Shown: positions 1-13,332 of the stretch, one piece after another
Layout: each line of letters starts with the position of its first letter
How positions within the stretch are numbered: the first letter of the stretch is position 1
Assembly (NCBI GenBank): GCA_964276515.1
Contig: OZ193909.1
Location: 20,212,001 to 20,276,000 of the forward strand
DNA: 64,000 nt
Reading direction: 5' to 3'
Source: Gordius albopunctatus
Taxonomy: Eukaryota
The notes under the pieces: model-generated
Told to the model about the DNA's origin: nothing
The model's input: the letters and a program-made list of their open reading frames with translations, nothing else
Database searches by the model: none
Made by a program: the position numbers and the translations under genes

Positions 1-107
1 AACTTTTTGTAGCTTTTTAATAAAATATCATAAGATATGGCATAAATTTTTTATATAAATTAGATGAGCCATAACAGTTATTTTTATTAATTTTTTTAAC
101 TTCAAAG

Positions 108-898
108 GTTCTAACTAGTGACACTTATAGTTTTGTCCATGGAAAAGTATTTCTAGACATGCCAGCTGAAGATTTAATTAAATATTAAAAGAACATTAAT
201 ATCAATGCTTCAGAACTGGATTTATTAAAAGCGATTATCAAATGGGCCCAAAACAAGATTGAAGATAATAGTTCAGATGATCAACATCAACAAGTTAAGC
301 AAACTCTTGGTGTGGATATGGTAAACACAATAAGATACCCCAAAGAATATGATAGCAAATTCTTTTATCTAATAGAAAGCTATGACCTTCCTTATAAAGA
401 AGCTAAAAAGATGGATACCCTAGTACATAAAGGTTCCATGCTAGATTATTTGATTGAATCTTTGCATATTGCTGATCCTAAATCTGAAAGAACTTTGATG
501 TTTGCTATATATGAATGGATATATAATAAAATTATTATCCAATGCGATTGTGTCCAGTTTGTAGCTCATTGTGAATGTACGATTAAAGGCTTTTTGTTTG
601 CCACTACATATGTTTCAGCTAAGTTGAATGTTTAAGTATTTCTCAAAAATAATAAAATCATAGATGAGACGGGTGCAATTTCATCTATAGAAAAACCTCA
701 GGATAAAGCTTATGCAATATATCGTTTTGCAAATCCTTTTAAGATAGATTCAACTACGGAATTTTCAAAACAGATTAAAACTTCTCTTATTTTATATCAC
801 AAGGTCAAAGCATTTAAACGATATGACTTGCTATCTGGGATAAAAAGAATCATGCAATATGGGGTCTTGTGACAACATCCTTTTCCCCTGTCAACTAA
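108..898 (+). pseudogene. BTB-BACK-PHR-like family paralog, last exon, disrupted
   Basis: Acceptor caaag|GTT at ~108. Translation parallels the 10308-11108 exon (ASELDLLKAIIKWA...IKGFLFAT...YRFANP). In-frame TAA at ~186 and 633, plus a deletion near 835. Confidence 0.8.
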
Positions 899-1109
899 CA
901 GTTTTTAATATAATAATTTTTAAAATTTTTATTGGTTTATATTATCAACATAATGTATCTTTTGTCAATGAATATAAATTTTTTGGACAAAAAAATGTCA
1001 ATTTAAACCAGAGACATTATATTAACTTAGCTTAAGCTTATTCAGGTGCCTAGCCAAGGGGAGGGGGAAGCGGAACAATTCGCTCAATTAATATATAGTT
1101 GTTTAAAAG

Positions 1110-2052
1110 TAGAGCTGTTAAGAGTTCCTTTTAAAAGGCAACTTGTCAAGTTCCAGTTCCTTTCCCTAAAATAGAACTAGTTCCTCGTTTTAAAAAGGAA
1201 CTAGTTCCAGTTCCTTTTGAACTTCCTTTTTTATTTTTTTTTATCTTTTATTAATTCATAAAATCAATATATTATATATTAAAATTTATAAAAATCATCA
1301 GGTAATAAATGTTTATTTGATTTTAACAAAATATTATTTTCAAAGTTGTCATTTAAATAAAATTTTGCCCAAGCTAAATAATCTTTCCACATGGGCACTT
1401 GATGGTAATGGCGTATTATATTTAATAAATAGTTTTTTTTAAATGGGGAAAACTGTCTAAAAGACTTAAATTCCGGTTATTAGAAAGCAAAGCAAAAAAC
1501 GTTCAATTGATTCATTCTTTTCATTATTTTTTAATTCAAAAGATCCATTTCTGATAAACTAGGTCCTGCCTGTTGAGATTTAGGAACAAACAAATTGATA
1601 TCCTCTAAAATTAAACTTAAATTATTGATCTTGAGGTGACGCCAAATATTTGCGGTAGAAGATATAGAAGTTGATATATGTTTTATTTTTGGAGAGCATA
1701 ATTTGCATCCAAGAGTTATTGATTTTGCATCCTTTTGAATAACCGTAAAAATATTCTCAAATAAAGGCCAGGGTACATTTTCAGGTTTAATTATGGTAAT
1801 GTCAACTCTCACTCATACCTAATATCAAAAGATTATTTATTTAACATTTATAAACTTACTATTACTAGGAATATGATAAAAACTAAAAACCAATTAAAGG
1901 AAATGAACTTTATATAAATTACCATAAGTCGAAAAATTTATTTAACAAACGCTACCGTGAATAAAATACTAAATAATATTTAAATTATAAATTAATTAAA
2001 AATTTTTAATGCAAATAGAAATTGCTTGGAACTAGTTCCTTTAACAGCTCTA
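1110..2052 (-). mobile_element. Internally deleted hAT transposon
   Basis: TIRs TAGAGCTGTTAA/TTAACAGCTCTA; 8-bp TSD tttaaaag/tttaagag. BED finger (CKLC...TANIWRHLK, ORF 1531-1812) and dimerisation motif KYNTPLPSSAHVERLFS on the minus strand. Confidence 0.85.
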
Positions 2053-3004
2053 TTTAAGAGATTTTAAAATAATTATAAATCTAGAAGATAAAAGCTTTCA
2101 TTTTTTAATTAAATTTTTGACAAAAAGCTTGTACCCTCACCATTAGAATATTTTCTAATATTATTGAGCAAAATTCTATGGAAAGAAACTTAATTGAACA
2201 TTTTACCCGTGAATCAGAGGTTCGTGGGTCGGTCAACTGTCCTACATTTTTATTTTCGGACGGGTGATAGGATTCGGGCTTAATGAAATTTAAAAAAAAT
2301 GTATTATTTTATTTGATTGGATATCAAAATGCTAAAAGAGTTAAGAAACTTAATTTCGCCATCCGTCCCCAAGTTATTTCTATAATTTTTGCCCCTTCAA
2401 GTCCCTATTCCTAGCTACGTTCATGAAAATGATTGAAATATTTATATAGCCCTTTCATTGTTCGTAATTCACATGTGGCGTCTATACAAAATACAAAAGT
2501 GGCAAGCCAAAATTGGCACAATGCATGCAAGTGTTAAATTTCAATCTAATATCATTTTTTTAGCAAATCTTATTTGGTTTAGCAAAGCTTCCCCAATTAG
2601 CCTTTCTTATTCCCTTATCACTCGTTAGCTATTACTTATTATTTTTATACTATAAATATCATTTAAGGTTATCTATCCTATATATACAATATTTTGAATC
2701 CATTTGATTAATAGTATCTAGATGATACCTTTAATTTGTCCAATGTTGTAGATGAAAACGTCTCATTAGTTACTAAACTAATAAAAATAAAGGATTACTC
2801 TTCCATCGCTATTAGTTAAGACTAAATAAAATTTTTAATAAAATGGCTTTTCAAAACTATATGAAAAATATTAATTTTATTGATAAATAGGTGACATTTA
2901 TATATATATATTTTAATATAAATTTTATAAAAATTATCAAATTGTTAAAATAATTACACAAAATTTTATCTTAACTAAATTGTTTTTCGTCTTTTACGTT
3001 AGCT

Positions 3005-3140
3005 TAGAGGTGTGCACGGATCAAATTTTTTTGATCCGATCCGATCCAAGAGGTTTTTGAAAATTTTATATCCGATCCGAGTTTTTAAAAATCTAAATCC
3101 GATACTATCAGACTTTCTTAAAATCTAAATCCGATCCGAT
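3005..3140. mobile_element. hAT-type terminal fragment with GATCC subterminal repeats
   Basis: TAGAGGTGTGCACGGATC start followed by repeated atccgatcc motifs; no partner end seen. Confidence 0.5.
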
Positions 3141-3231
3141 CATAAATTTTTAAATTAAAATTTTACGAACAGAACTTTTTATATCAAGAGGGAAAGGAGC
3201 TACGCGTGTGCTTTAAGGAAAGGGGAGATTT

Positions 3232-3778
3232 CAATCTTGTTAACGCTCCTTTTTAAAAATAGCGACTCCCGCCCCCCCCCCTACTACATATTAAAAGGAG
3301 CGCTCCGGCTCCAACTAATGGAGTGCCGCTCCATAACCGCCCCTTTTATTTTCATTTTTTTAGAAGGTACACGAAACAAAATCATATTTTTTATCAAAAC
3401 GTTTTATTTATATTATATGATATATAAAAATATTTATAATCTTTTATTAGCTTTTAAAAGTAATAAATTTTCTAAATTAGAATCTAACACCTACGCTTTT
3501 CCCCTAAGACCTGTTTTGCGATACTAAATAGGCGCTCCAGGGGAGCACTAGAGGGAAGCGGGATATTGTATTTAATATAAATATTTTTTAATTCATGGAA
3601 TCGTTCAAAAATAGTAATTTTTCTATCATTATTTAAAAAATATCTATCCAATATATTATTTTAATGGTAATAGATTTTATGGAATCCAAAGAAATCTTCC
3701 AAATAATTACAAGGTTTCCATGAACTAGTTGTAGCTATTTTTCCGTCGGGTATTTGTTTCCTTAAAAAGTTAATTAAT
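3232..3778 (-). mobile_element. hAT 3' fragment (same family as 41450-41998)
   Basis: Near reverse-complement of 41460-41998, including the terminal CA(A/G)TCTTGTTAACGCTCC and degraded ERLFSIAKQVLGEKR coding. Confidence 0.75.
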
Positions 3779-3799
3779 CTGGCTTTTAGTTCCATATTT

Positions 3800-4400
3800 T
3801 TTGGATCTTTTATCCATTCCAAATTCAATTTATTTTTGGTAGGGTTTGATACGTCATATGAAACGCTTTCAATTCATCAGCTGATATTGTAATCGGTTGG
3901 CAGGAAATCACGGAGCGAGAATCGGAGTTTGGCGAGGAATGACACTTTTCATCAACTCTCCGAGAAATACGGTCCTCAGTATTAATCGATATAACTTCGT
4001 TTTCGTTAGGCATTTCTAATGGCACGGGGCTCAATATTGACCCCCTGCGTTAGGGCAACCTATCAATATAAAAATTTCAGTAAGGAATCATGTTACGCAA
4101 ATAGACTTTTTTTGTGGCCAAATACATATTTATGCAATGTAGTTTAGACTCAAGTAAAACTTGTCACTAACTAACGATTAATTTAAGATTTATATTTACT
4201 ATGTCACATTCAAAATAAAATAAGTGGAGCAGAAAAGGTTATAGAAATTAAGGACCACAAAAAGCCATTATAAAGGACATAATAATAAATAATAAAAAAC
4301 GGCAAATCGAATTATGACAAAAAATATATAAATTAGTCAATGAAACTGATTAAAGAAAGAGTGAAGTAAGAATACCAATTTTCTATGATAAAACCACCTT
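3800..4400 (-). pseudogene. Degenerate copy of the NARFL last exon with upstream intron sequence
   Basis: gatag|GT TGC CCT AAC GCA GGG GGT CAA (GCPNAGGQ vs GCLNGGGQ), a 2-nt frameshift, then [27 protein letters not shown] matching 28640-28914. Confidence 0.85.
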
Positions 4401-4439
4401 AAAATTTTTAGTTTAATGAAACGCTTTTTTATTTTTTTT

Positions 4440-5545
4440 GGGCGTATTTAATTAAATTAATATATTGTTCCTGTTAATACCATTGATAATATGACCTTCT
4501 GGCCGTCCGCTGGCTGTTGACCACTGGAAAAAATGACCATTGGCCAAAGTGTGAATCGAAATTTTTTTTCGTTTTTTTTACTCTTATGTATTTATATCCA
4601 CTTTTACCGTGTCCTGGCTGCTGACCAATGGAAAAAATGACCATTGGCCAAACTGTGAATCAAAATATTTTTTTTGTTTTTTTTACTTATATGTATTTAT
4701 AGACCGTCTCTTGGTACTGACCAATGAAAAAAATGACCATTGGCCAAAGTGTGAATCGAATTTTTTTTCGTTTTTTTTACTTTTATGTATTTATAGCCTG
4801 TCTCTTGGTACTAGCCAATGGAACAATTTAGCACATGGAAATATTTTGAGATCGTGACATTTTGTGATGCGCGGTCGTAACGGGCAATAGCGGAGCTATT
4901 GCATGCCGCTGCTAGTTTCGTCGTAAGCTTTTTTTTTATTATTTTCCATTATGGTATAAAATTGGCGGTGATCGTTCATTGAGAACTTAAAAAATTAAAA
5001 TATAAATTAACTTTCTGTTGTATAAAGTTGCATTTACATTATGCCTCAAAACAAGTCTATAAATTTTGTGGCCAAGGTTTCGGGCATAAACTTTAGCTTT
5101 TGCCAGTCATATTATTTGTTATGCAATTATGACGATTTCAACATAAATTGCAATGTCGCTGCTCATTGTGACATTTTGTGATGCGCGGTCTTAACACGCT
5201 GCTTGTTTCGTCGCAAGCCCATTTAATACAATTTATTTTTTTTCTTTACTCTCCGTTAACAATTTTTTATGCCTAATATTTTATTGTATTAAAATATTTG
5301 AAAAACGGGGGTCTGGGGGCGGAGCCCGCAGGAGATGGGGGTTTGGGTGCGTTTCGATACCCGGAGAGGGCCAAAATGTGAATCGAAATATTTTTTTCGT
5401 TTTATGCTAATAAACGTGAAATTCTCGAGGCTAGAAAGCACTATGAATCGGATGTCGATATAGAATTGACTATGTCAAAATGTCGACGGTTGTATATAAT
5501 ATTAATTGTTATGCAATTATGGCGATTCCAACATAAATTGCATAG
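4440..5545 (-). repeat. Inverted partial copy of the 36376-38182 repeat element (possible Helentron/DINE-like)
   Basis: Units aatgaccattggccaaa are reverse complements of the 36.4-38.0 kb units. Hairpin ttgttatgcaatt...aattgcatagcaa at ~5116 and ~5506. Confidence 0.6.
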
Positions 5546-6048
5546 CAAATATGCTTTGTTTATATGATGTATAAAAGAGTTACGATGTGTATGATAATGT
5601 GAAGCAGGGACTGTCCTTAACGAAACGGGGGTATGGGGGCGGAGCCCCTAGGTAACGGGGGTTTGGGAGCGAAGCCTCCAGTTACGTCCAAAGGGCGTAA
5701 TTTATATATCAAAATGCGTTGTGCATAACTATGCCAAAAATCATTGTGCCTGATCGGTAAATAATAATATACGGGGAAAGGAATAACACATCACGTAAGC
5801 GAATGATTAGGTTATACTAGTTAATATAATATAGAAGAAAGAAATTTTAAATGATATAAATACATTACAGTTGTCTCTAAGCACTAAGGTCTTTGAAAAA
5901 GCTTCGAATTTATTCATGGAAAATGGTCATCTAAAGCCTCAAAGTTTTGCCAATATTTTTAAAAAGAATGGATTTATAAACATAATACATGGTATAAATA
6001 TTGGCATTTTATCCCTACTATAAATAATGCCTTGAATCAACTAATCCT

Positions 6049-6200
6049 TTAACCCTCGAGAGCATTCGTAGGGTATATTTGGCCCCATTCTTAACTTCTT
6101 ATAACTATCAAACTATTAATCAAAATTATCTGAGATTTTGAATATATGTTTGTAAAGGACTCTTAATTAATGATATAAATTTTGATAAATAAAACTAGTC
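6049..6200 (+). mobile_element. piggyBac-type MITE left end
   Basis: TTAA|CCCTCGAGAGCATT, the same terminus as 55304. Confidence 0.6.
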
Positions 6201-6814
6201 TACAAAAAAAACCATCCTGCAATCGGACCAATAATCCTGATAGAGAATTTTGCGCTGATCACAAATATGTTTTTAGTTTTTTCTCAAAACCTCTAGTTTT
6301 TGAGATAACTATTTATTTTAGCTAAAATAAATAAGTGCATCAATTTCTTCACAAACTCAATTTTTTTCTAATAATGAACTATAAAAAAGATTAAATCAAT
6401 GACAATTTTATAGTTATTTCATGAATTATAACCTGAGTATTATTTTGTAATTAAGCATCTAAAGTTTACTGAACAATTTGTAAAGCTTATTAAGCATTTT
6501 TAAAATAATAACTAATTTCAACCAATCAATTCTATTGAGCTACTAAGCTGTGTTTTAATTAGTGAGTGTCATACATGTCTGTCATATATGTCGTATATAT
6601 ATGAGTTTTGGGGACAGAGGCGTTGAAGACTAGCAACCCGATGCAAGGGATAATTACCAAGGAAATCTAAGAAAGAAGAGTAACGTAAAGGACTCAAGGG
6701 AGAATAACAACTGGCGCAAGGCACACAAAACAAGAGATGATTAGAGACAAAAGAGCGCATATCACACATTATTTAATTTTCATCAAGAAACCTTATATCA
6801 TTTTTTTATTTATC

Positions 6815-8280
6815 CTAAATCCTAAACCACGTATTTGTAGTAATCTTACCATCCCATGGAATTGTGGATGTTCCATCGGGGCGCATTCTACCCTCAAGAG
6901 TGGGTTCTGATGGTTCAAGAATGGAAGGGAAGCCGGCTTTTAGTAAAGCGGTTTGAATCAAAAAGTTGATCTTTTGATGGCGAATGAAACGGAATTTGTT
7001 AAGTTTACAATGTAAGGGGTGATGGGCCCAAACATCAATTTGTTTCTTACAATTTTTACAAGTCAATTGCTTGCAAATTGGGATCCCCAGTCTCAAGGCG
7101 ATCGCGTAAGTAATTTCGGTGTTTGAGAGTAAGAGCCCAGAGAATTTGCTCGGAATGCATTGCAGCCATTCGTGACCAGAGTCAGTCGTTAGTGACTTGA
7201 AATTGAAGTGCTGTAGGCGTCACAACTCGAAAGTAGGTAAGCGACGGAGCGTGACACTATACTGGCATCCCAGTCTCGTTGTTTGACTGAATTTGGAATA
7301 ATAGTTCCTGGCATTACATTTTCAATCCATGATGTTAAAGCTGTTTGCGTTAAGAAATCTTCCGTATGGGTGGTCAATTTAAAAACGAGATCTTTCACTA
7401 AATTGTAAGACGAGAGAAAGGCTACTAGGCTAATGGTCAAGGGGGACCTTATTCCTAATCCTCCAAATTTAGTTGGAAGAGTGGCTTGTAACCAGCTAGT
7501 ATCATTGAAAGATAAGTTTAGAATTTTTTCTAGGAGATTTTTAATTGTAGATTCGTATAATTTAAGGATATCTGTGTGTAAAAAAGCAGCAGCTGATCGA
7601 AAACAATGCTGAATCTTGGAAATATTAAAAATGTTTTTTATCATAAAAGAGCGTGATGTATTGGTAACAATTTTAAAAGTTCCATTTTTGAGGCCAAAAA
7701 AGCTAAATGTTTATTTAAAAAGTCTTGCAAGCACGGAGATCCGCCTATGGGTGAACCGAGCATGGAAAGATTTTCCTTGGCCAAGGTGGAATAAGGTTTA
7801 AAAATCGAGTATTGGTCGCAAGCAGGTGGTTGTAAAATTTCGCATTTGGTCTCGTCCGCGTTAGGTTTAAGGGTACACAATAGTCTTTAATGATGGTGAT
7901 GGCTTTGGCGACCTGATCATAGCTGCCCGCCAGAGTCGCATCATCTAAGTACCATACATGTAATGATAGATCGCATTGTTCCTTAATTAGGTTAATAAGT
8001 TTCTTTATCCCGCAACAAAATAATGGTGGCCCAAGGGGATCACCTTGTTGAAGGCCCTCAGCAGATTTAATTATAAAGGAGCCAAAATTTAAAAGGGATG
8101 GTGAGCCGTAGCTTTGTAAGATATAATCTGCATATTGGGGAAACTCTTCCAAAAAATTTTCCATAAAAACGTTTCTATTAAGCTGATTGAAGGCATCTGA
8201 GAAATCCAATTTTACTAGACAGTGGTCGGGATGGAGGTTTTGTATTGTGATACGACCTGCGTGGCTTGCAGCTTCACACC
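6815..8280 (-). mobile_element. CRE/SLACS-like non-LTR retrotransposon fragment (RT, Zn finger, start of RLE endonuclease), frameshifted
   Basis: DFSDAFN, QQGDPLGP, WYLDD, GGLGIR, CxxC...HxxxC and RPDG..PW motifs across several broken ORFs. Confidence 0.85.
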
Positions 8281-8513
8281 AAAGCCTAATTTATGAGGTA
8301 AAAGGGAATTGGTCAATGAGAGTTTATTAATCATTGATTTGATATTATAAAAATGTTCAAGAACTTTTATGTATTATTTAATTTACACTTTTTTACAAAA
8401 CTGAAATGTATTAAAGCTTTGAGTTTAGCTTTTAATTTTTTTTTGTTAAAAAGTTTATTTTCATGAAACAAAGTTACATAAATAAGCGAAATACAAAAAT
8501 AAAAACGTATTGG

Positions 8514-8882
8514 TTAAATACAAAGATCTATATCATTCTCTTCTAAAATGGGACATGAGTCGGCAAAGGATTTAAAGTTGTATCGTGCAACAAGAATCCC
8601 TAGTTGTTGCCTGAGTAATAAGGACGCAAAAATTTTAGATTGCGGGGTGCGTTTTCCGATTTCTTTAAAAAACCTTATTGCCTGTTTGCCAAAGGAACCG
8701 GAGCACGAGGCAACGATAGGGATAAAAATATTGGATGCCAAAAGGGCAGAATACTTTGTAGTTTTACGCCCTTCTTCTGTAGCGATAGGGTCGTAATTAA
8801 AATGGGAAGGGGCAAAAAGGTCAATACAAGTAAAATCCCATTTGAGGGATAGGCCATTCTCGTGTACGTCACCAGACTCCAT
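8514..8882 (-). mobile_element. CRE-like element 3' end (RLE endonuclease)
   Basis: KWDFTCID...EEGRKTTKY...FIPIVASCSGSFG, followed by a T-rich 3' region. Confidence 0.75.
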
Positions 8883-9079
8883 TACCTATAGCCTCAACAC
8901 AAAAAGATCATGGTGGCCTTGTATCGCGCTCCGTTGATTACCTCTTAGCGGGCTGCAATGCCCTCCAGCACTTCAATCCAAATTCTTTGGTTTAATAGAT
9001 CGGGTCATGAGTGACCAGAAGCTTATTTTAGTTCACTTTTTGGAATGATGTTGGAGGATTCGGAGCTCTCATACTCTAG

Positions 9080-9590
9080 TGCCCTTAGTCTAAGAATACC
9101 TTATTTTAAACAGTACCCCTGTCGCAATTGCTATCAACACCCCCTACACTTCCCTAAAAATAAATTTAAATATATAGGGCACACGCTAACGTTCCATTGA
9201 TCCTAGAGCTTTATGACCCTTCGTTTGAAAGAAAAATGCGGCATGACGGCTCAACTCTCATCCCCTTGCAAAATGGTCTACCTCTTAAATGGGATTTCAC
9301 CTGTATAGGCATTTCCCCCCCATTAAATAGCAATACTCTAACTCTAGCAGAAAACAACAAAATACCAGGCCCTCCTTGTCGCCAAAATGTTAACCCCCAT
9401 TGTCGCCCCCTGCTCAGAGATTTTCAAATCAAGCGCGAAAATTTTTTTTTTTAAAAACTGCACACGTGGCCCGATTTTTAAGTATTCTCATAATTTTATA
9501 AACACAAAAATTGGCATCTTTTTTGAGAAATACAATTTCAGATCCGTGGCCACTTCTCGAAGATGAAAGCTTGGATGCTTACAAATTCCA
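9080..9590 (+). mobile_element. Degenerate CRE-like RLE endonuclease fragment
   Basis: RKMRHDGSTLIP..NGLPLKWDFTCI in ORF 9197-9454. Confidence 0.7.
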
Positions 9591-10307
9591 TTTTATATAT
9601 TATTCGTTTATATATACTGTGTATATTTTTATAGTGTTTAAAAATACTAATAGATCAATCGAAAAAATAGTTAGGACTTCTACTGTATTATACTAATGAA
9701 TATCCCTGCAAAAATCGTAACAAGGAAATAGATACGTTGTCTCATCAACGCAAAGTTTAATGAATATTGTTTTATCCGCCATCACCTTTTGATTTAATCA
9801 TTTTAAAAGCGGGCATTTCCTCTATAAAACCATCAGATCCTTCTCTAAAGGCTAGGTTGCGTCCCACGAAGCTTCTTTAATCCCATAGGAGGATAACAAG
9901 TTCCTAGCTTGAGACTTTACCTGCGTTGATATCTTTGCGCCATCTAATAACAATTTAAACACACTATCCTCTGCCAAAGATCGTAAATTTAATAACGAAT
10001 ATATCTCATTCTAAAATTTTTAACCCGATACTATTGGCAAGAAATCTTTGATGTTTTTTTAGTTCATAAGAGATGCCTCAAGCCAAACATATTAATATAT
10101 CTTTATCTAACACATGACGCTTGATGTTAAAAAAATTTTATATTTTTATTTATCGTGTATTTCAATTAAAAATATAAAACCTCTGGTTTAGGTTGATATA
10201 TTAATATACTATACAAAAAACGTAATACAATTTTATTGTAATGGGACAATATATATAATCTATATCAGTTTTAATTATCATGTCACAAAATCAAAAATTG
10301 ATGGACG

Positions 10308-12380
10308 TCAAGTGGTCAGGAGACCCCATATAGCATGAGTCTTTTTATCCCACATAGGCGATATAGAATCTTTCAAAGATTCATATTTTTTGAATGCTCT
10401 GACCTTGTAATTTAAAATAAGAGAAGTTCTAATATATATGGAAAATTCGGTAGCTGAAGCTATGTTAATAGGATTCGCAAAACGATATACAGCACAAGGT
10501 TTATCCCAAGGTTTTTCTATCGATGAAAGTGAATTTGACTTTAAAATTATCTTATCATTTATGGATACTCGAACATATAACTTAGGTGAAACATATTTTG
10601 TGGCAAACAAAAAGCCTTTGATTATATGATTGCCTATAACTGAAAACCGAACACAATCACTGCAGATGGTTTTTTTATTTCTAAGCTTTTTATATATGGC
10701 AAAAATCTGAATACTTTCATGATCAGGATCTTTAATAGAGAACAATTCCATCGATCTTTCTGAAAAATTCAATTCTTCTACGGGTAATTTATTTAATGTT
10801 TCTTTCTTTTTAGCTTCTTCATAGGGAAGGTCATATTCTTTTATTAAGTCAAAGAATTCCTGCACTTGTTTCTTAGGGTATTTTATTGCTTGTATTATAT
10901 CCACTCCAATAATTTGTTTAACTTGTAGAAGTTGATCATCTGAGCTCCTATCTTGAATCTTGTTGTGAGCCCATTTAATAATTGCTTTTAATAAATCCAG
11001 TTCTGAAGCCTTGATATTAATGTTCTTGAAGTATTTGAGAACATCTTCGGCGGACATTTCTAGAAATGTTTCTTCTTGTATAAATTTATAAGCTTCATGA
11101 ATTAAAACCTTTGGATGTGAGCAATAAAATATTAATTTTACTATTTATAATTGTGGCTCTATTTAAAATAATATTGTATATATACACACAAAATAATTTA
11201 ATTAAATAAAACTAGCAAACACAAGATTAACACTTTTTAAATTAGCAAAACCAAAAAAGGCACATATGAAAATTTTTATATAAACACTTCATTAATAAAA
11301 ATTTAATAAGTTTAAAAACTTTTTTTCTTACCCTCCAACAAATTAATTCACTTATTGCTGGATAAATCCATTTCTGTGTAATATGAAAATTTTAATATAA
11401 ACACTTCATTAATAAAAATCAAATAAGTTTAAAAACTTTTTTTCTTACTCTCATAAAATTTATTTCACGTGTTAATCGAAAAATCCATCTCTGGGTAATA
11501 TGAAAATTTTAATAAAAACACTTTATTAATAAAAATTTAATAAGTTTAAAAACTTTTTTTCTTACCACACGACAATCTCTTTTACTTATTCCTGGAAACA
11601 TCCGTCTCTGGGTGATATGAAAATTTTAATATAAACATTTCATTAATAAAAATTTAATAAGTTTAAAAACTTTTTTTCTTACCATCTGACAATATTTTAC
11701 ACTTATTCCTTGAAAAAAATATGTCTGGGTATAATAGAAATAGGCATTTTTGACAGTCATTTCAGTATGCATTTTATATATTAAAATTTCCAAAATGTCA
11801 ATGCACTTATACTTTTTAAGCGCACTGAGAAGGTCCAATAAAAATTCTGCATCATTTAGAGTGCTGGCTGGTAGTGAAAGAACTTTAAAAGGGTTATATA
11901 TGCACCTTTTGATAAAAGTGAATATTTAATATTTAAGAATAAATTAATACTTTAATAAAATGGAAAATACATGAGATTTGATATCAACAATGTCAATATT
12001 TAACAGATTTTCTGCAGGTACTAAAGCCTTCCGCACATGGCAAGTGAACATTGTTTTAAATACTGAACTAAATTTTGATAAATAAAATCTGTTAGCTTTG
12101 TGAACACCTTTTATAATATCATCTTCTTTAATCTAAAACCAAATATAACAAAATTTAGATGGCATACCGTAAACTGAACATCATGTATTAAGTCTTTTCC
12201 CTCATACCTTTCATACAGTAAAGGCGAAATATTTTTTACCATAACTTTGGGTGTATTATTTAATATAAATCTTGAATTATTTAATTCATTTATACAACCC
12301 AAAACAAGCCTACTATATAATTATAAACATTTAGTATAATAAATAGTATGATTGGAAATATATTACTCTTTTATCTCCAT
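10308..12380 (-). CDS. BTB-BACK-PHR-like protein (distant BTBD1/2/3/6-type architecture), apparently intact
   Basis: Phase-consistent GT-AG exons 12380-12367, 12309-12168, 12132-11951, 11905-11683, 11108-10308, plus three optional 42-nt exons. BTB motif DVQF..HKANRFYLSKFSSVFKTMF; BACK motif FLEMSAEDV..SELDLLKAIIKWA; PHR-like VRFSV..IKGF..YRFANPINI. Confidence 0.8.
11265..11730 (-). repeat. 117-bp tandem repeat (75-nt intron + 42-nt putative micro-exon), ~4 units
   Basis: GTAAG donors at 11682, 11565, 11448, 11331; CAG acceptors at 11608, 11491, 11374. Confidence 0.9.
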
Positions 12381-13332
12381 GAAAATTATATTATAGGTTA
12401 ATAAGCAGATAAAAACAAAATTTTAATGTTTTAATAAGCACGTTTAAATATAAAAATTTTCGTGCTAAGCCGCCTTATGGCCGTGGCTGAATCCGAGTCA
12501 ACTGGGAAACGTCCAACTGAGAAATTGCACTTCTGTGCAAAATGTAATATGTGCAAAATCTAATAATGTAATATTCGCATTTTAGAAATTGAGACCGGTT
12601 TTCACGCATATTCATACGCATGTAATATGTACTAAAAAACTACGTAATAAAAGGATACTATAATTGTTAATTGAAACAAAATAAGTTATATCAAAATTTA
12701 TAATACTATTTTATAAATAAATACATATTATCAAATAAATCACTAAATCGATTCTTACTACAATAATACAAAATTTAAATATATAAAAATGTTTGTATTT
12801 ATTTACATTACATTGCTATAATAAGTAAATAATACCTAAAATTTGTTTTGCAATATTACTTTAAAAGAAAATATGGTATGTATTATATAATAGGACTAAG
12901 TACAAATATAAATATCTTTATAAGCAATAAGTATGCATAATGTTAGATCATGTTAACATTACAGTATTAGTCATGCTATATTAAGTAATTAATAACTAAA
13001 ATTTGTTATGCTATATTATTTCAAGAGAAAATACGTTATGTGTTATATGATAGGACTAAGTACGAATATCTTTATAAGGCATAAATATGTAGAACGTTAG
13101 ATCATGTCAACATTAAAGTATTAGTCAATACTATAATGTATTGGGTGGTGCAACAACTATGTGTAACGTAGAATGAGTTATTTATTAACAGAATGTAGTT
13201 GCAAATTATATATGATGGGCATAAATTTGGATTATAAGCATAATTGTATTCATATATTATTTATTAAGATTAGTATTATATAATCATAAAATGATAATAC
13301 ATAGTGTAACTTAAATATTTATCTGTTATAAG

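Noticed and set aside
9700..10100. Possible BEL/Pao integrase C-terminal remnant on the minus strand
   Set aside because: Too degraded to support a call.
11265..11730. CRISPR-like pattern of constant repeats with variable 42-nt spacers
   Set aside because: Eukaryotic context with no cas genes; the spacers are mutually homologous and bounded by splice signals.
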